From positions 79,123 through 143,122 of the forward strand of contig CAVYSW010000011.1 in NCBI GenBank assembly GCA_963771275.1: 64,000 nucleotides of DNA. The letters run 5' to 3'. This document shows, one piece after another, positions 46,715-56,244 of this stretch; positions within the stretch are counted from its first letter, which is position 1, and each line of letters starts with the position of its first letter. Source of the DNA: an uncultured Gemmatimonadales bacterium. GTDB lineage: Bacteria; Gemmatimonadota; Gemmatimonadetes; Gemmatimonadales; GWC2-71-9. The notes below the pieces were generated by a model. It worked only from the letters and a program-made list of their open reading frames with translations. It did no database searches and was not told where the DNA came from. A program made the position numbers and the translations under genes.

Positions 46715-48445
46715 ATGCAGCTGATGTCCGGCAACGACGCCGTCGCCCGCGGAGCGTGGGAGGCCGGCGTGGCCTTCGCGGCCGGCTATCCCGGGACGCC
46801 GAGCACCGAGGTGCTGGAGCGCCTGGCGACGTACGACGAGGTCGACGCCCACTGGTCCACCAACGAGAAGGTGGCCTTCGAAGAGGCGATGGGCGCGGCG
46901 CTCGGTGGCGTCCGCAGCATGGTCACCATGAAGCACGTAGGCCTGAACGTGGCGGCCGACCCGTTCATGGTGTTCCCCTACGCGGGCACCAACGCCGGGT
47001 TCGTGGTCCTCGTGGCCGACGACCCCGGCATGTACTCCTCGCAGAACGAGCAGGACAGCCGCTACTTCGCCAAGGTGGCCAAGGTGCCGCTGCTGGAGCC
47101 CGCGGACGCCGCCGAGGCCAGGAGCCTCACCGCGGCGGCGTTCGAGCTGAGCGAGCGCTTCCGGACACCGGTGATGCTCCGCACGACCACCCGCCTGGCG
47201 CACACCCGCAGTCCGGTCGAGCCGGGCGGGCGCGCCGAGGCGGCGCGCCAGCCGTTCTCCCGCCAGGTGAGCCAGTACGCCATCCCGGTGTACGCGCGGT
47301 TCCGCCGAGTCGAGCTGGAGGAGAAGCTCGGCCGGCTGCGGCAGTTCGCCGAGGAATTCCCCGGTAACGTGATCGAAGACGGCGGCACGACCGTCGGGGT
47401 CGTGACCCACGGCATCCCCTACCAATACGTGAAGGAGGTGTGCCCCGACGCGAGCGTGTTCAAGCTGGGCATGCTCTACCCGCTCCCCGCGCGGCGGCTC
47501 AAGGAGTTCTGCGCCCGGTTCAAGACCGTGTTCGTGGTCGAGGAGAGCGAGGGGTTCATCGAGCAGGAGCTGGCGAGCTTCGGGATCACCAACGTGATCG
47601 GGAAGGCGCGATTCACCAACGTCGGCGAGCTGAGCACCGACCTGGTGGCCCAGGGGCTCAACGGCACGCCGGTCACGCCCGATTTCGCCAAGGAGATCGC
47701 CGTGCTGCCGCGGCCACCCGTGCTGTGCGCCGGCTGTCCCCATCGTGGCGTGTTCACTACGCTGAGGAAGCTCGGCGTCCTGGTCACCGGTGACATCGGC
47801 TGTTACACGCTGGGCTGTCTGCCGCCGTACGAAGCGATCCACACGACGTTTTGCATGGGGGCGAGCATCGGCAACGCCACCGGGTTCAACCGGGCGGGTG
47901 AGGATCGCGTGGTGGCGGTGATCGGGGACTCGACGTTCCTGCACAGCGGGCTCGCCGGCCTGGTGAGCGCCGTCTACAACCAGGTGCCGACGACCGTGGT
48001 GCTGGTGGACAACGGCACGACGGGCATGACCGGCCACCAGGAACATCCCGGCACCGGGCACACCCTCAAGGGGAGCCCCGCCCCCGCGGTGAACTACGAG
48101 GCGCTGATCCGGGCGATCGGCGTGGAACACATCGAAGTGGTAGACCCGTGGGATCTCGCAGCCACCGAGCGCGCCATCCGGGCGGGGCTCGACCACGCCG
48201 GTCCGGCCGTGGTCATCGCGCGGCGGCATTGCCGGCTGCTGCCGGTCGAGAAGACCGAGGCGCGCGTGCCGTACCGCGTGGCGCTCGAGGATTGTGTGCT
48301 GTGTGAGGAATGCATGGCATCGGGCTGTCCCGCGCTGGTGTGGGCGGACGACGGGCCGCACATTCACGCGTGGGAGTGCGCAGGCTGCGCCTTGTGCGCG
48401 CAGCTGTGCCCGACCGAGGCGATCGTGGCCACGGAGGTGGCGTGA
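46715..48445 (+). CDS. iorA: Indolepyruvate (aryl-pyruvate):ferredoxin oxidoreductase alpha subunit
   Basis: SGNDA.ARG, GYPGTPSTE, NEKVA.E, MKHVGLNVA, SSQNEQD, LCAGCPH, GDIGC, GDSTF.HSG, TGMTG.Q. Two C-terminal ferredoxin motifs. Confidence 0.92.
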   Translation: MQLMSGNDAVARGAWEAGVAFAAGYPGTPSTEVLERLATYDEVDAHWSTNEKVAFEEAMGAALGGVRSMVTMKHVGLNVAADPFMVFPYAGTNAGFVVLVADDPGMYSSQNEQDSRYFAKVAKVPLLEPADAAEARSLTAAAFELSERFRTPVMLRTTTRLAHTRSPVEPGGRAEAARQPFSRQVSQYAIPVYARFRRVELEEKLGRLRQFAEEFPGNVIEDGGTTVGVVTHGIPYQYVKEVCPDASVFKLGMLYPLPARRLKEFCARFKTVFVVEESEGFIEQELASFGITNVIGKARFTNVGELSTDLVAQGLNGTPVTPDFAKEIAVLPRPPVLCAGCPHRGVFTTLRKLGVLVTGDIGCYTLGCLPPYEAIHTTFCMGASIGNATGFNRAGEDRVVAVIGDSTFLHSGLAGLVSAVYNQVPTTVVLVDNGTTGMTGHQEHPGTGHTLKGSPAPAVNYEALIRAIGVEHIEVVDPWDLAATERAIRAGLDHAGPAVVIARRHCRLLPVEKTEARVPYRVALEDCVLCEECMASGCPALVWADDGPHIHAWECAGCALCAQLCPTEAIVATEVA

Positions 48446-48446
48446 C

Positions 48447-49049
48447 ATGCCCGTGACCAACGTGGTGATCGCCGGGGTGGGCGGCCAGGGTGCCGTCCTG
48501 GCGAGCGAGCTGCTCGCGCTGGCAGCCATGGCGGCCGGCCAGGACGTGAAGCAAGGGGAGTTCCACGGGGTGGCGCAGCGGGGGGGCGCGGTATTCAGCC
48601 ACGTGCGCTTCGGGGAGCGGGTGCATTCCCCGATGGCGCCACGCGGGCAGGTCGATTACCTCGTCGCGCTGGAGCTGCTCGAGGCGCTGCGCTACGCCCA
48701 TTTCGTGCGACCGGGCGGTACGGTCATCGTGAACGACCACCGCGTGGAGCCGATCCGCGTCGGGGACCGGCGCCCCTATCCCGACGACGCGCCCGGGTTC
48801 CTGCGGAGCAAGGGCTTCAACGTGGTCGTGCTCGACGCCACGCAGCGGGCGCTCGCGCTGGGGGACCACCGCGCGGCCAACGTGGTCCTGCTCGGCGCGC
48901 TCTCGGCGTCGCTCGACATTCCCGCTGCCGCCTGGGAGCAGACGCTCCGCGCGCGCATTCCCGAGCGGCATCTGGCGCTGAACCAGCGGGCGTTCGCCGC
49001 CGGGCGGGACGCCGCGCGCGCGGCCTACACCAGCACCGTCTTGCTGTAG
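48447..49049 (+). CDS. iorB: Indolepyruvate:ferredoxin oxidoreductase beta subunit
   Basis: GVGGQG, HGVAQRGG.V.SHVR, E.LEALR, ANVVLLG, LN.RAF. Confidence 0.9.
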   Translation: MPVTNVVIAGVGGQGAVLASELLALAAMAAGQDVKQGEFHGVAQRGGAVFSHVRFGERVHSPMAPRGQVDYLVALELLEALRYAHFVRPGGTVIVNDHRVEPIRVGDRRPYPDDAPGFLRSKGFNVVVLDATQRALALGDHRAANVVLLGALSASLDIPAAAWEQTLRARIPERHLALNQRAFAAGRDAARAAYTSTVLL

Positions 49050-51115
49050 TCCGCCCCCACGACGCCCGACCGGCACGCCGCCGACACCATGAAGTCCGCC
49101 GAGAGCCCGGCCTGCACGGCCAGCGCTTCGGCGAGCGGGACGGCGCACGCGCGCTGGATGCACTCCATGATGGCAGCCCGGCCGGCCGCAGCTTCCGGCG
49201 CGCTCACCGGCGGGAGCCCGCTCACCTCGGCGGGGATCTCCAGCTTTCCCGCGTCCAGCGCGCGGCGCGCGAGGCGGTGGTTCCCGTCGCTCGCGATCTG
49301 CCACGCCGTCGCGAGCGCGTCGTTGAGCGGCCCGGCGTAGTCGATCAGCCAGCCGACGGCGCCGGGGGCGCGCACCGGCTGTCCGCTCAGCAGGAGGTGC
49401 ATCAGCTTCGGTCGGTCGCCCACCGGCGCCTTGCGGAGCGGCCAGTGGCAGCCTTCCATCCCCGGCACGACCGGCAGCGTCACCTCGGGCATGCCGAGCG
49501 ACGCCCCGTCCACGGCGACCACGTAGTGGCAGTGCGTGAGCAGCTCGAGCATGCCGCCCAGGGCGCGCTTGCCGGCGACGAACCCGACCGACGTGGCGAA
49601 CTCCTCGTGCAGCCGGCGGGCGGTGCGCGACCACGTGCGCGCGATGCGCTCGCCCTCCTCCTTCCGCTCCAGCGCCGGGTAGAACTCCGCAGTATCCGCG
49701 CCGACCATCTGCGTGGACAGGTGGAAGTCGCCCGTCAGGATGACCCGCGCGATCTTCGCCGCCTTGAGCCAGTCGAGCGCGCGGTTCAGCTCGGCGTCAA
49801 TGTCCCGGTTGTACGACTCCCGGCTGATCGTGACCACGCCCACCGTGCCATCGTGCTCGGCGTTGACATAGAGCTGCCGCCACTCGGGCACGTCCATGCC
49901 GGCCAGCGCGTCGGGGTGCCACGCCGACTTGGCCGCCGCGGGATGCAGCCGGTGATAGCGCTGCACGGTCCGGGTCACGCCATCGGGGCCTTCCTCGCGC
50001 ATCAGCGCCAGCACGCCGCGCCGGAACTGCGCGCACAACTCGCCGATCGCGTTCAAGTGCGCGAGATGGGCGCGCCGCTCGTGCAGCATCAGGCTGGTCA
50101 TCTGGAACACCGGTCCCAGGATCCAGGTGCGGAACTCGTCCGCGCCATCCGCGTCGAGCGGCCAGTTGACCAGCGGGCGGAAATGGCCCGGCGGGTACCA
50201 GTCCTGCCCACTGTCCTTGTGCGCCACCAGCTCCGCGGTCGGCCGGAACAGCTCGCCGTAGCGCTCCGTCAGGTGATGCAGGCACGACCACGTGAGGAAG
50301 TTGGCGCCCTTGGCGCCGATCGCGTCGTGCGCGCGGAACGGGTTGGGCCCCACCAGCTTGCGGGCGAACTTGTCGATCTTCCAGTACGGCATGTTGCGCG
50401 CGTGGTGATAGCGCAGCGCCGCGAGCGTGACGCCGCAGAACAGCACGTCGAGCACGAACGACCAGTGATCGCTCACCGGCACGGGCAGGAGCCCGAGCGC
50501 CCAGTACAGCTGGGTGACGGCCGATGGCCTCGGCTCGACCACTTCCCAGACCTTGTTGATCTGGTGCGGGAACGCCGGGTGGGCGATGCCGACCCCCAGC
50601 TCCGCGCTGGGGAACCCCGACGTGACGGAGCGAATCTCGAGATCGGGGAACGCCTGGCGGAACACCGCGTAGTGCGCCCGCTTGATGGCGAGAACCTCGG
50701 GGATCGCCTCGAGCAGGAAGCGCGGCTTGAGGTTCGCCAGCTCCGCCGGGAGGTGCGTGCCGTCGTACGTGAGCCGCACGACGTTGCCCATGATGCGGGC
50801 CGCGGCTTGCGGCCCGAACGCCTGCACCAGGCCCGGATACTGGGCGCCGATCCCGTCCGGCGCGTTGGGGAAGTCGAGCGCGACGATCCGTACGTCGAAC
50901 GGCTCCAGCCGTGCGCCGAGCTGCATGGTCTTGCCCGCCCCGACGATCCCGTTCGCGCCCGTGATCACCATGGCTCCGCGCGCGTCCGGCGGGCCGAACA
51001 CGCGATCGACCAGCTCACCCGGTTCGGCCGGCAGCCGGCCGTTCCGGAAGATGTCGAGCACGCCGCCGAGCCCGAGGGTCTGGAGCGTCGGCTGTCGCAT
51101 CACCGTCGTGGTCAT
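49025..51115 (-). CDS. Divergent 3-hydroxyacyl-CoA dehydrogenase / enoyl-CoA hydratase fusion (HACD N-terminal, ECH C-terminal)
   Basis: TGANGIVG, LEAIPE...K, SVTS, then ALGGMLEL and GMPEVTLPVVPG. RBS AGGAG 10 nt before ATG 51115. Confidence 0.75.
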   Translation of the reverse strand: MTTTVMRQPTLQTLGLGGVLDIFRNGRLPAEPGELVDRVFGPPDARGAMVITGANGIVGAGKTMQLGARLEPFDVRIVALDFPNAPDGIGAQYPGLVQAFGPQAAARIMGNVVRLTYDGTHLPAELANLKPRFLLEAIPEVLAIKRAHYAVFRQAFPDLEIRSVTSGFPSAELGVGIAHPAFPHQINKVWEVVEPRPSAVTQLYWALGLLPVPVSDHWSFVLDVLFCGVTLAALRYHHARNMPYWKIDKFARKLVGPNPFRAHDAIGAKGANFLTWSCLHHLTERYGELFRPTAELVAHKDSGQDWYPPGHFRPLVNWPLDADGADEFRTWILGPVFQMTSLMLHERRAHLAHLNAIGELCAQFRRGVLALMREEGPDGVTRTVQRYHRLHPAAAKSAWHPDALAGMDVPEWRQLYVNAEHDGTVGVVTISRESYNRDIDAELNRALDWLKAAKIARVILTGDFHLSTQMVGADTAEFYPALERKEEGERIARTWSRTARRLHEEFATSVGFVAGKRALGGMLELLTHCHYVVAVDGASLGMPEVTLPVVPGMEGCHWPLRKAPVGDRPKLMHLLLSGQPVRAPGAVGWLIDYAGPLNDALATAWQIASDGNHRLARRALDAGKLEIPAEVSGLPPVSAPEAAAGRAAIMECIQRACAVPLAEALAVQAGLSADFMVSAACRSGVVGADYSKTVLV

Positions 51116-51120
51116 CGTGC

Positions 51121-52326
51121 TCACGCTCCTTCCGCGACGCTCAGGAGAGCCGCGATGCCCACGTCGCCGGCGGCGCATCCGAACACCAGCACGTATCCGC
51201 CGCCCAGGTCGACCGCCTCTTCGAGCGCCTCGATCGTGATGCGCGTGAGCGTCGGTCCCTGTGGATGACCCCATACGAGCGAGCTGCCGGTGCGGTTCAT
51301 GGCCTTCCAGTCGTAGCCCACCACCCGCGCGAACACCGCGTCGTTCACGGCGAACGGGTTGTGATTCTTCACCACCGCCATGTCCGCCATCGTGAGGCCG
51401 GTGTCGGCCAGGAGCTTCTGCACGGCGAGCGCCGGCGCCTCCGGCATCAGGCTCGGCTGCGCGCGGACGACCGCCTGGCCCACGAACGCGATGGCAACTT
51501 CGGGACGGGGGCTCAGCGCCCTGGCCCGCTCGGCGCTCGTGACGAGCAGCGAGGCCATGCCGTCCGCGGCGTGGGTCTGCGTGCCACCCGTCACGCAGGT
51601 ATCGAGCTCGCGCATCGCACGCAGCCCGTCGAGGGTGAGCTGCCGGACGCCGACGTCGTCGTCGATCATGCCCAGCGGCCGGCCCTGGAGATTCAGCACC
51701 TCGAGCGGCACCAGCACGCGGTCGAGGAAGCCCGAACGCCGGGCCGCGAAGTACTGCTCATGGCGCAGCAGCGCGATCTCATCGACCTCGCGGCGGTCGA
51801 TCTTGTACTTCCGCGCCGCGATGCCGGCCGTGGTGATCATCGCGTTCCCCGTCGCCGGATCGAACCCGAAGTTGTCCCACACGTCGCTGATCGGCACGGT
51901 CCGCTGGTGCGCGCGGCGTTCGGGAAACACGCCGACGGGGGAGTCGCTGGTCCGATCGAACGTGAGGACCCCGACCGTGTCGTGGGCCTTCGTGTCGACC
52001 TGCGCGGCGGCGAGGAGGATCGCCTGGAGCCCCGTGGCGCAGGCCTGCTCGACGTGGAAGCCCGGCACCCGGTTGCCCAGGCAGCTCGCCACCAGCGGGG
52101 CGTTCCAGAACTTCCAGTGCCAGGGAATCGTGGAGCCGATCACGAGGTAGTCGAGCTCGCTCGCCGGCACGCGCCGCAGGCCGAGGATGCGGTTCATCGC
52201 CTCGCCGGCGAACTGGCCGATGTTCACTTCCGCCAGGGGCGACGTCTGCCAGGCCGGGAAATAGCTGCTGCCCCACGTGCCGTACGGAATGCGCGCGCGG
52301 GGGAAGATCGAGGGGGGAATGCCCAC
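51121..52326 (-). CDS. Thiolase family protein (putative 3-oxopimeloyl-CoA thiolase)
   Basis: QACATG, QTHAADG, NHNPFAVND, WGHPQGPT, GCAAGD. Start uncertain (GTG 52326 or ATG 52386). Confidence 0.82.
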   Translation of the reverse strand: MGIPPSIFPRARIPYGTWGSSYFPAWQTSPLAEVNIGQFAGEAMNRILGLRRVPASELDYLVIGSTIPWHWKFWNAPLVASCLGNRVPGFHVEQACATGLQAILLAAAQVDTKAHDTVGVLTFDRTSDSPVGVFPERRAHQRTVPISDVWDNFGFDPATGNAMITTAGIAARKYKIDRREVDEIALLRHEQYFAARRSGFLDRVLVPLEVLNLQGRPLGMIDDDVGVRQLTLDGLRAMRELDTCVTGGTQTHAADGMASLLVTSAERARALSPRPEVAIAFVGQAVVRAQPSLMPEAPALAVQKLLADTGLTMADMAVVKNHNPFAVNDAVFARVVGYDWKAMNRTGSSLVWGHPQGPTLTRITIEALEEAVDLGGGYVLVFGCAAGDVGIAALLSVAEGA

Positions 52327-52757
52327 GGTACGTGCTCGCGATGAGGGTGAACGGTGACCGGGGAGCGCGCCCTCAGGGCCGCGCATCACGACCCCGAAGC
52401 CTGCAAGGCGGCCGGCGGCGCTGCGCGCGGACGCCCTCGCTCCGGAGCCAGAGCCCGGGCCTAAACGTAATCGTCCGTCCCGGGTCCGGCGCGACCGGCG
52501 CGGCGCGGTCCAGTGCGGCCCCGCAAGTCCAGCCCCCGTTTGTCGTTCCACCACCCACACGGCTCCCGCGCCCGGTACAATCGCCGGGGTCTCGACCACC
52601 CCTCTCCCCACCCGGGACGTTCAGATGTATTTTCCTGGGACATCGGGGTTCCCAGCAGCACGAGACCCCGGCTTCGGCCCACACGACGCTCCCTGCGGCA
52701 CGACGGCGGTGTTCCGCCACCCGGGCATGCGCGTTGGCTCATAGCCAGAGAGTCCTC

Positions 52758-53918
52758 ATGGTCCACGCCCGCGTGGCCGGTCCCCGGCTGCGAGACATCG
52801 ACTGGCCGATCCTCGGCTTCATCACGTCGTATCACGTCCTGCTGGCGGCCACGCTGCCGCTCTACCTGGCGTGGCGCACCCCCGGCTGGCCGCTCATTGG
52901 GGCCACGCTCGGGCTGCTGGCCTGCTCGCTGACCAGCATCACGGCGGGGTACCACCGGCTCTACGCCCATCGGACGTACCGGACGCGGCGGCCGGTGGAG
53001 CTGGTGCTGCTGTTCTTCGGCACGCTCGCCGCCGAGTCGAGCGTGCTCAACTGGGCGCACGACCACCGGCTGCACCACAATCGCGTGGACACGGACGGCG
53101 ATCCGTACGGCACCCAGAAGGGATTCTGGCACTCGCACATCCTGTGGCTGTTCACGCAGCGGCCCCCGATCGAGGAACGCTACGTGCGGGACCTGTTGCA
53201 GAACGAGCTGGTCGCATTCCAGCATCGCTACTACGGCTGGCTGATGGCGGCCACGACCATCGCGACGTTCCTCGCGGTCGCCGCGATCACGGGCGACCCG
53301 GCCGGCGCGTTCGTGATCGGGCTCCTGCTCCGGATCTTCCTCACCCACCACTCGACCTGGTGCATCAACTCGGCGGCGCACAAGTGGGGCACGAAGCCCT
53401 ACTCGCTCGAGCATTCCGCCGTGAACAACTTCCTCATCGCGCTGATCACCTACGGGGAAGGCTACCACAACTACCACCACACGTTCGCGCGCGACTACCG
53501 GAACGGCGTCCGGTGGTATCAGTTCGACCCGCCCAAGTACCTCATCTGGCTGCTGAGCAAGGTCGGCCTCGCCTCGGACCTCAAGCGCACCGATCCGCTG
53601 CTGATCCGGCGGCGCCTCGTGCTGGCCGATCGGCAGCTGCTGATCGAGCACCTGGCGCAGTTCCGTGATGCGCGCGCGAAGGCGTTCGCCGAGGCGGTCG
53701 AGCGGACCGCGCAGAAGCTCTCATCCACGATGGCGGCGGCCAAGGCCGTGATGGATCGCTACCGCGCGCTCGACGCACGGCGCGAGCGCGCGCAGGCCGG
53801 CGAGCTCCGGCACACGGTGCGGGCGCTGAAGCGGGAGTTCACCCGCGAGTTCCGCACCTGGCGGCGCCTCTGTCGGCAGATCCTCTCGATGGAGCCGGCG
53901 CGAGGCGGCGCGAGCTGA
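52758..53918 (+). CDS. Membrane acyl-CoA (delta-9) fatty acid desaturase
   Basis: His boxes GYHRLYAH, HRLHH, GEGYHNYHH. Also INSAAH and DYRNG..W.QFDP.K. Confidence 0.9.
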   Translation: MVHARVAGPRLRDIDWPILGFITSYHVLLAATLPLYLAWRTPGWPLIGATLGLLACSLTSITAGYHRLYAHRTYRTRRPVELVLLFFGTLAAESSVLNWAHDHRLHHNRVDTDGDPYGTQKGFWHSHILWLFTQRPPIEERYVRDLLQNELVAFQHRYYGWLMAATTIATFLAVAAITGDPAGAFVIGLLLRIFLTHHSTWCINSAAHKWGTKPYSLEHSAVNNFLIALITYGEGYHNYHHTFARDYRNGVRWYQFDPPKYLIWLLSKVGLASDLKRTDPLLIRRRLVLADRQLLIEHLAQFRDARAKAFAEAVERTAQKLSSTMAAAKAVMDRYRALDARRERAQAGELRHTVRALKREFTREFRTWRRLCRQILSMEPARGGAS

Positions 53919-53927
53919 CGGGCTGAG

Positions 53928-53962
53928 CCGCCCGTCGCCGGGCTCGGGGTCGGGACGGGCGG
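53928..53962. terminator. Hairpin between convergent genes
   Basis: CCGCCCGTC…GACGGGCGG stem. Confidence 0.45.
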
Positions 53963-56104
53963 TCAGCGCCGCGCCCTGTCCGCCTCCCGCTCCGTCTGAT
54001 ACAGCCGCCCGGTGGTCAGCTCCTGCACGACGCGGTCGCCATCGTACACGTGATCCATGGCGCCGAGAATCGCCCGCACGTCCACCATGATGTTGCGGCC
54101 CCGCGCCGGCAGGTAGATGAAGTCGCGCGACAGGCCCTCGATGTTCCGGTCGAAGTTGAGCCCGACGATGCTCAGGTCGGGACGCACGGCCGGCGACCCG
54201 GAGTTGCCGCCGTACGTGTCGGCCGTCGCCGCGAAGTTGAGGGACGTCGCGAGATCAAGCCCCGCAGGCGGCGTGCGCCAGCGGGCCGGCAGGTTCCACT
54301 CGCTGTCCGGTCCGTGGCTGAAGAACCGGTCGTAGACCCCGTAGAACGTCGTGTGCCACGGCGCCAGCGTGCCGTTGTACTCGTAGCCCTGCACCACCCC
54401 GTCGGTGATCCGCGGCGAGGACGTCGCGTCGGGCGGGACATCGCGCCCGTAGACGGCAAAGCGCGCGCGTCCCAGCTGCGAAGCGAGCTCGTCCTCCTCC
54501 CCCCCGGTGCGCTCGTACGCCGCGGAGAAGGCCGCGACGCGCGGCGCCAGGGCGCCCGCCAGGCGCAGCGCCGGATCGCTCGGACCCAGAGTGCCGGCGG
54601 CCACCGCCTGCGCGGTCCGCGCCGAGTCGGCGAGCACCGAGCCCGCGAGCAGCGCCGCCGCCGCGTCGGCCGCCGATCGCCCGCCCAGCGCGGCCTGCGT
54701 GATGTCATCCCCGTTACCGAGATAGCGCGCGAAATCGGCGAGGGTCGCGGTGAGCAGCCGCCGCTCGAGGTCCGCCGGCACGTCACCGATCCGGAGCAGC
54801 CGGCTCCGCAGCGCCGCAGCCTGATCCGCCGGGGCCACAAGGTAGGCGGCCGCGGCGAGCGCGCGCCGGATCAGCGCCGCCGACGTGCTGGCGTTCCCCA
54901 GCGTGGCGAAGGCGCCGTACCCCGGGCCGAGCGCCCGCTTGCGCTGCTGGACGCTCGCGATGCGCTCGAGCACGTCCCCAAACCGAGGGCGCAGGTCCTC
55001 GCGCCCCTGGACGGCCGCGCGCAGCTGCCGCTCGGCGTCGAGCTTGCGGGCCATGATCCCCGGGTCGTTGAGCGCGCTCAATCTGCCAGTGGACGCCTTG
55101 AGCGAATTGGACAGGCCGAACATCCGGTTCCGGATGTCGTACGCCTCCGCCGCGCGGGGCTCAGCCCTCTGGAAATCCCCCATCGCCGCCAGCCGGCTGG
55201 ACAGCAGCGCCACGACCGTCGGGACCTGAACGTCGCGCTGGTATTCGAGCTGGGCCACCGTCATCAGCCGGTTGGTCGGCCCCGGGTTGCCGATCACGAA
55301 CACGACGTCCCCGTCCTGGACGCCTTCCTGGCTCCAGCGGAACCAGTGATCGGTCTCGAACGGCTTGCCGTCCGTACCATAGACCCGCAGGAACGCGAAG
55401 TCGAGGTCGTAGCGCGGGTACGTGAAATTGTCCGCGTCCCCGCCGAAGAACCCCATCTGCAGCTCGGCCGCCGCCACGAGACGGATGTCGGTGAAGCGGC
55501 GGAAGACGTAGGCCGAGTACCGCCCGCCGTGATACAGGCCGACGACCTGCACCACGATCGAGTCGCCCTGCGCGCCGTACTGCGCCCGGAGCCGGTCCTG
55601 CACGCCCGCGATGGCCTGCCGGCGCGCGCCCTCCCGGTCCGCCTCCGCCACACGGTCCGTCGCCGCAAAGATCGCGTCCGACACATCCTGGATGGCGATC
55701 AGCTGATCGGCGTAGTAATCGTCGATCTTGCGCTCCTCGCCGACGGACGGCGCCACGAACCCGCTGTCGAGCAGCGACTCGCCCGGTCGGGTGACCCGGC
55801 TCACCGAGCCGCGGGCGCAGTGGTGATTGGTCACGATCAGCCCGTGCGGTGAGACGAACGACGCCGAGCAGCCGGGGATCCGCAGCGCCGCCAGGCGCGC
55901 CCGCTCGAACCACTGCGCATTCGCGTCGAACTTGTAGGTCTGCGTGAAGTAGTCCGTCGGCGCGTACTCGAACGTCCACATCTTCCCATAATCGAACCGG
56001 CCGGCCTTCACCGTGTCCGTATCCAGCCCGCCCTGCGCCGATGCCCGGGTGGAGAGACCCGTCAGCAGGGTGGAGGCGAGCAAGACGATTGCGGCGCGTT
56101 TCAT
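53963..56104 (-). CDS. S46 family dipeptidyl peptidase
   Basis: GKMW, CSASFVS..GLIVTNHHC, FGGD.DNF.YPR, PPDA, GGNSGSP, GLNFD.N. Signal peptide. Confidence 0.92.
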   Translation of the reverse strand: MKRAAIVLLASTLLTGLSTRASAQGGLDTDTVKAGRFDYGKMWTFEYAPTDYFTQTYKFDANAQWFERARLAALRIPGCSASFVSPHGLIVTNHHCARGSVSRVTRPGESLLDSGFVAPSVGEERKIDDYYADQLIAIQDVSDAIFAATDRVAEADREGARRQAIAGVQDRLRAQYGAQGDSIVVQVVGLYHGGRYSAYVFRRFTDIRLVAAAELQMGFFGGDADNFTYPRYDLDFAFLRVYGTDGKPFETDHWFRWSQEGVQDGDVVFVIGNPGPTNRLMTVAQLEYQRDVQVPTVVALLSSRLAAMGDFQRAEPRAAEAYDIRNRMFGLSNSLKASTGRLSALNDPGIMARKLDAERQLRAAVQGREDLRPRFGDVLERIASVQQRKRALGPGYGAFATLGNASTSAALIRRALAAAAYLVAPADQAAALRSRLLRIGDVPADLERRLLTATLADFARYLGNGDDITQAALGGRSAADAAAALLAGSVLADSARTAQAVAAGTLGPSDPALRLAGALAPRVAAFSAAYERTGGEEDELASQLGRARFAVYGRDVPPDATSSPRITDGVVQGYEYNGTLAPWHTTFYGVYDRFFSHGPDSEWNLPARWRTPPAGLDLATSLNFAATADTYGGNSGSPAVRPDLSIVGLNFDRNIEGLSRDFIYLPARGRNIMVDVRAILGAMDHVYDGDRVVQELTTGRLYQTEREADRARR

Positions 56105-56244
56105 GCCTGACCTCGTCAAGGGGGATTGACGGAAGATGGCGTGCGGTCCCGGCCGATGGGAGGGCGCGCCCGCGCGGCCGACCGGACCGGTTTCCCGCAC
56201 CGGGGCGGATGGCGTACCTTCCGGAGGCCGCACCGGGATCGACC

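Noticed and set aside
49025..49049. 25-bp 3' overlap between convergent iorB and the HACD-ECH gene
   Set aside because: Short tail-to-tail overlaps are common in GC-rich genomes, and both proteins look complete.
32800..52700. Aromatic cluster as a mobile genomic island
   Set aside because: No integrase, transposase, tRNA attachment site, flanking direct repeats or visible GC shift.
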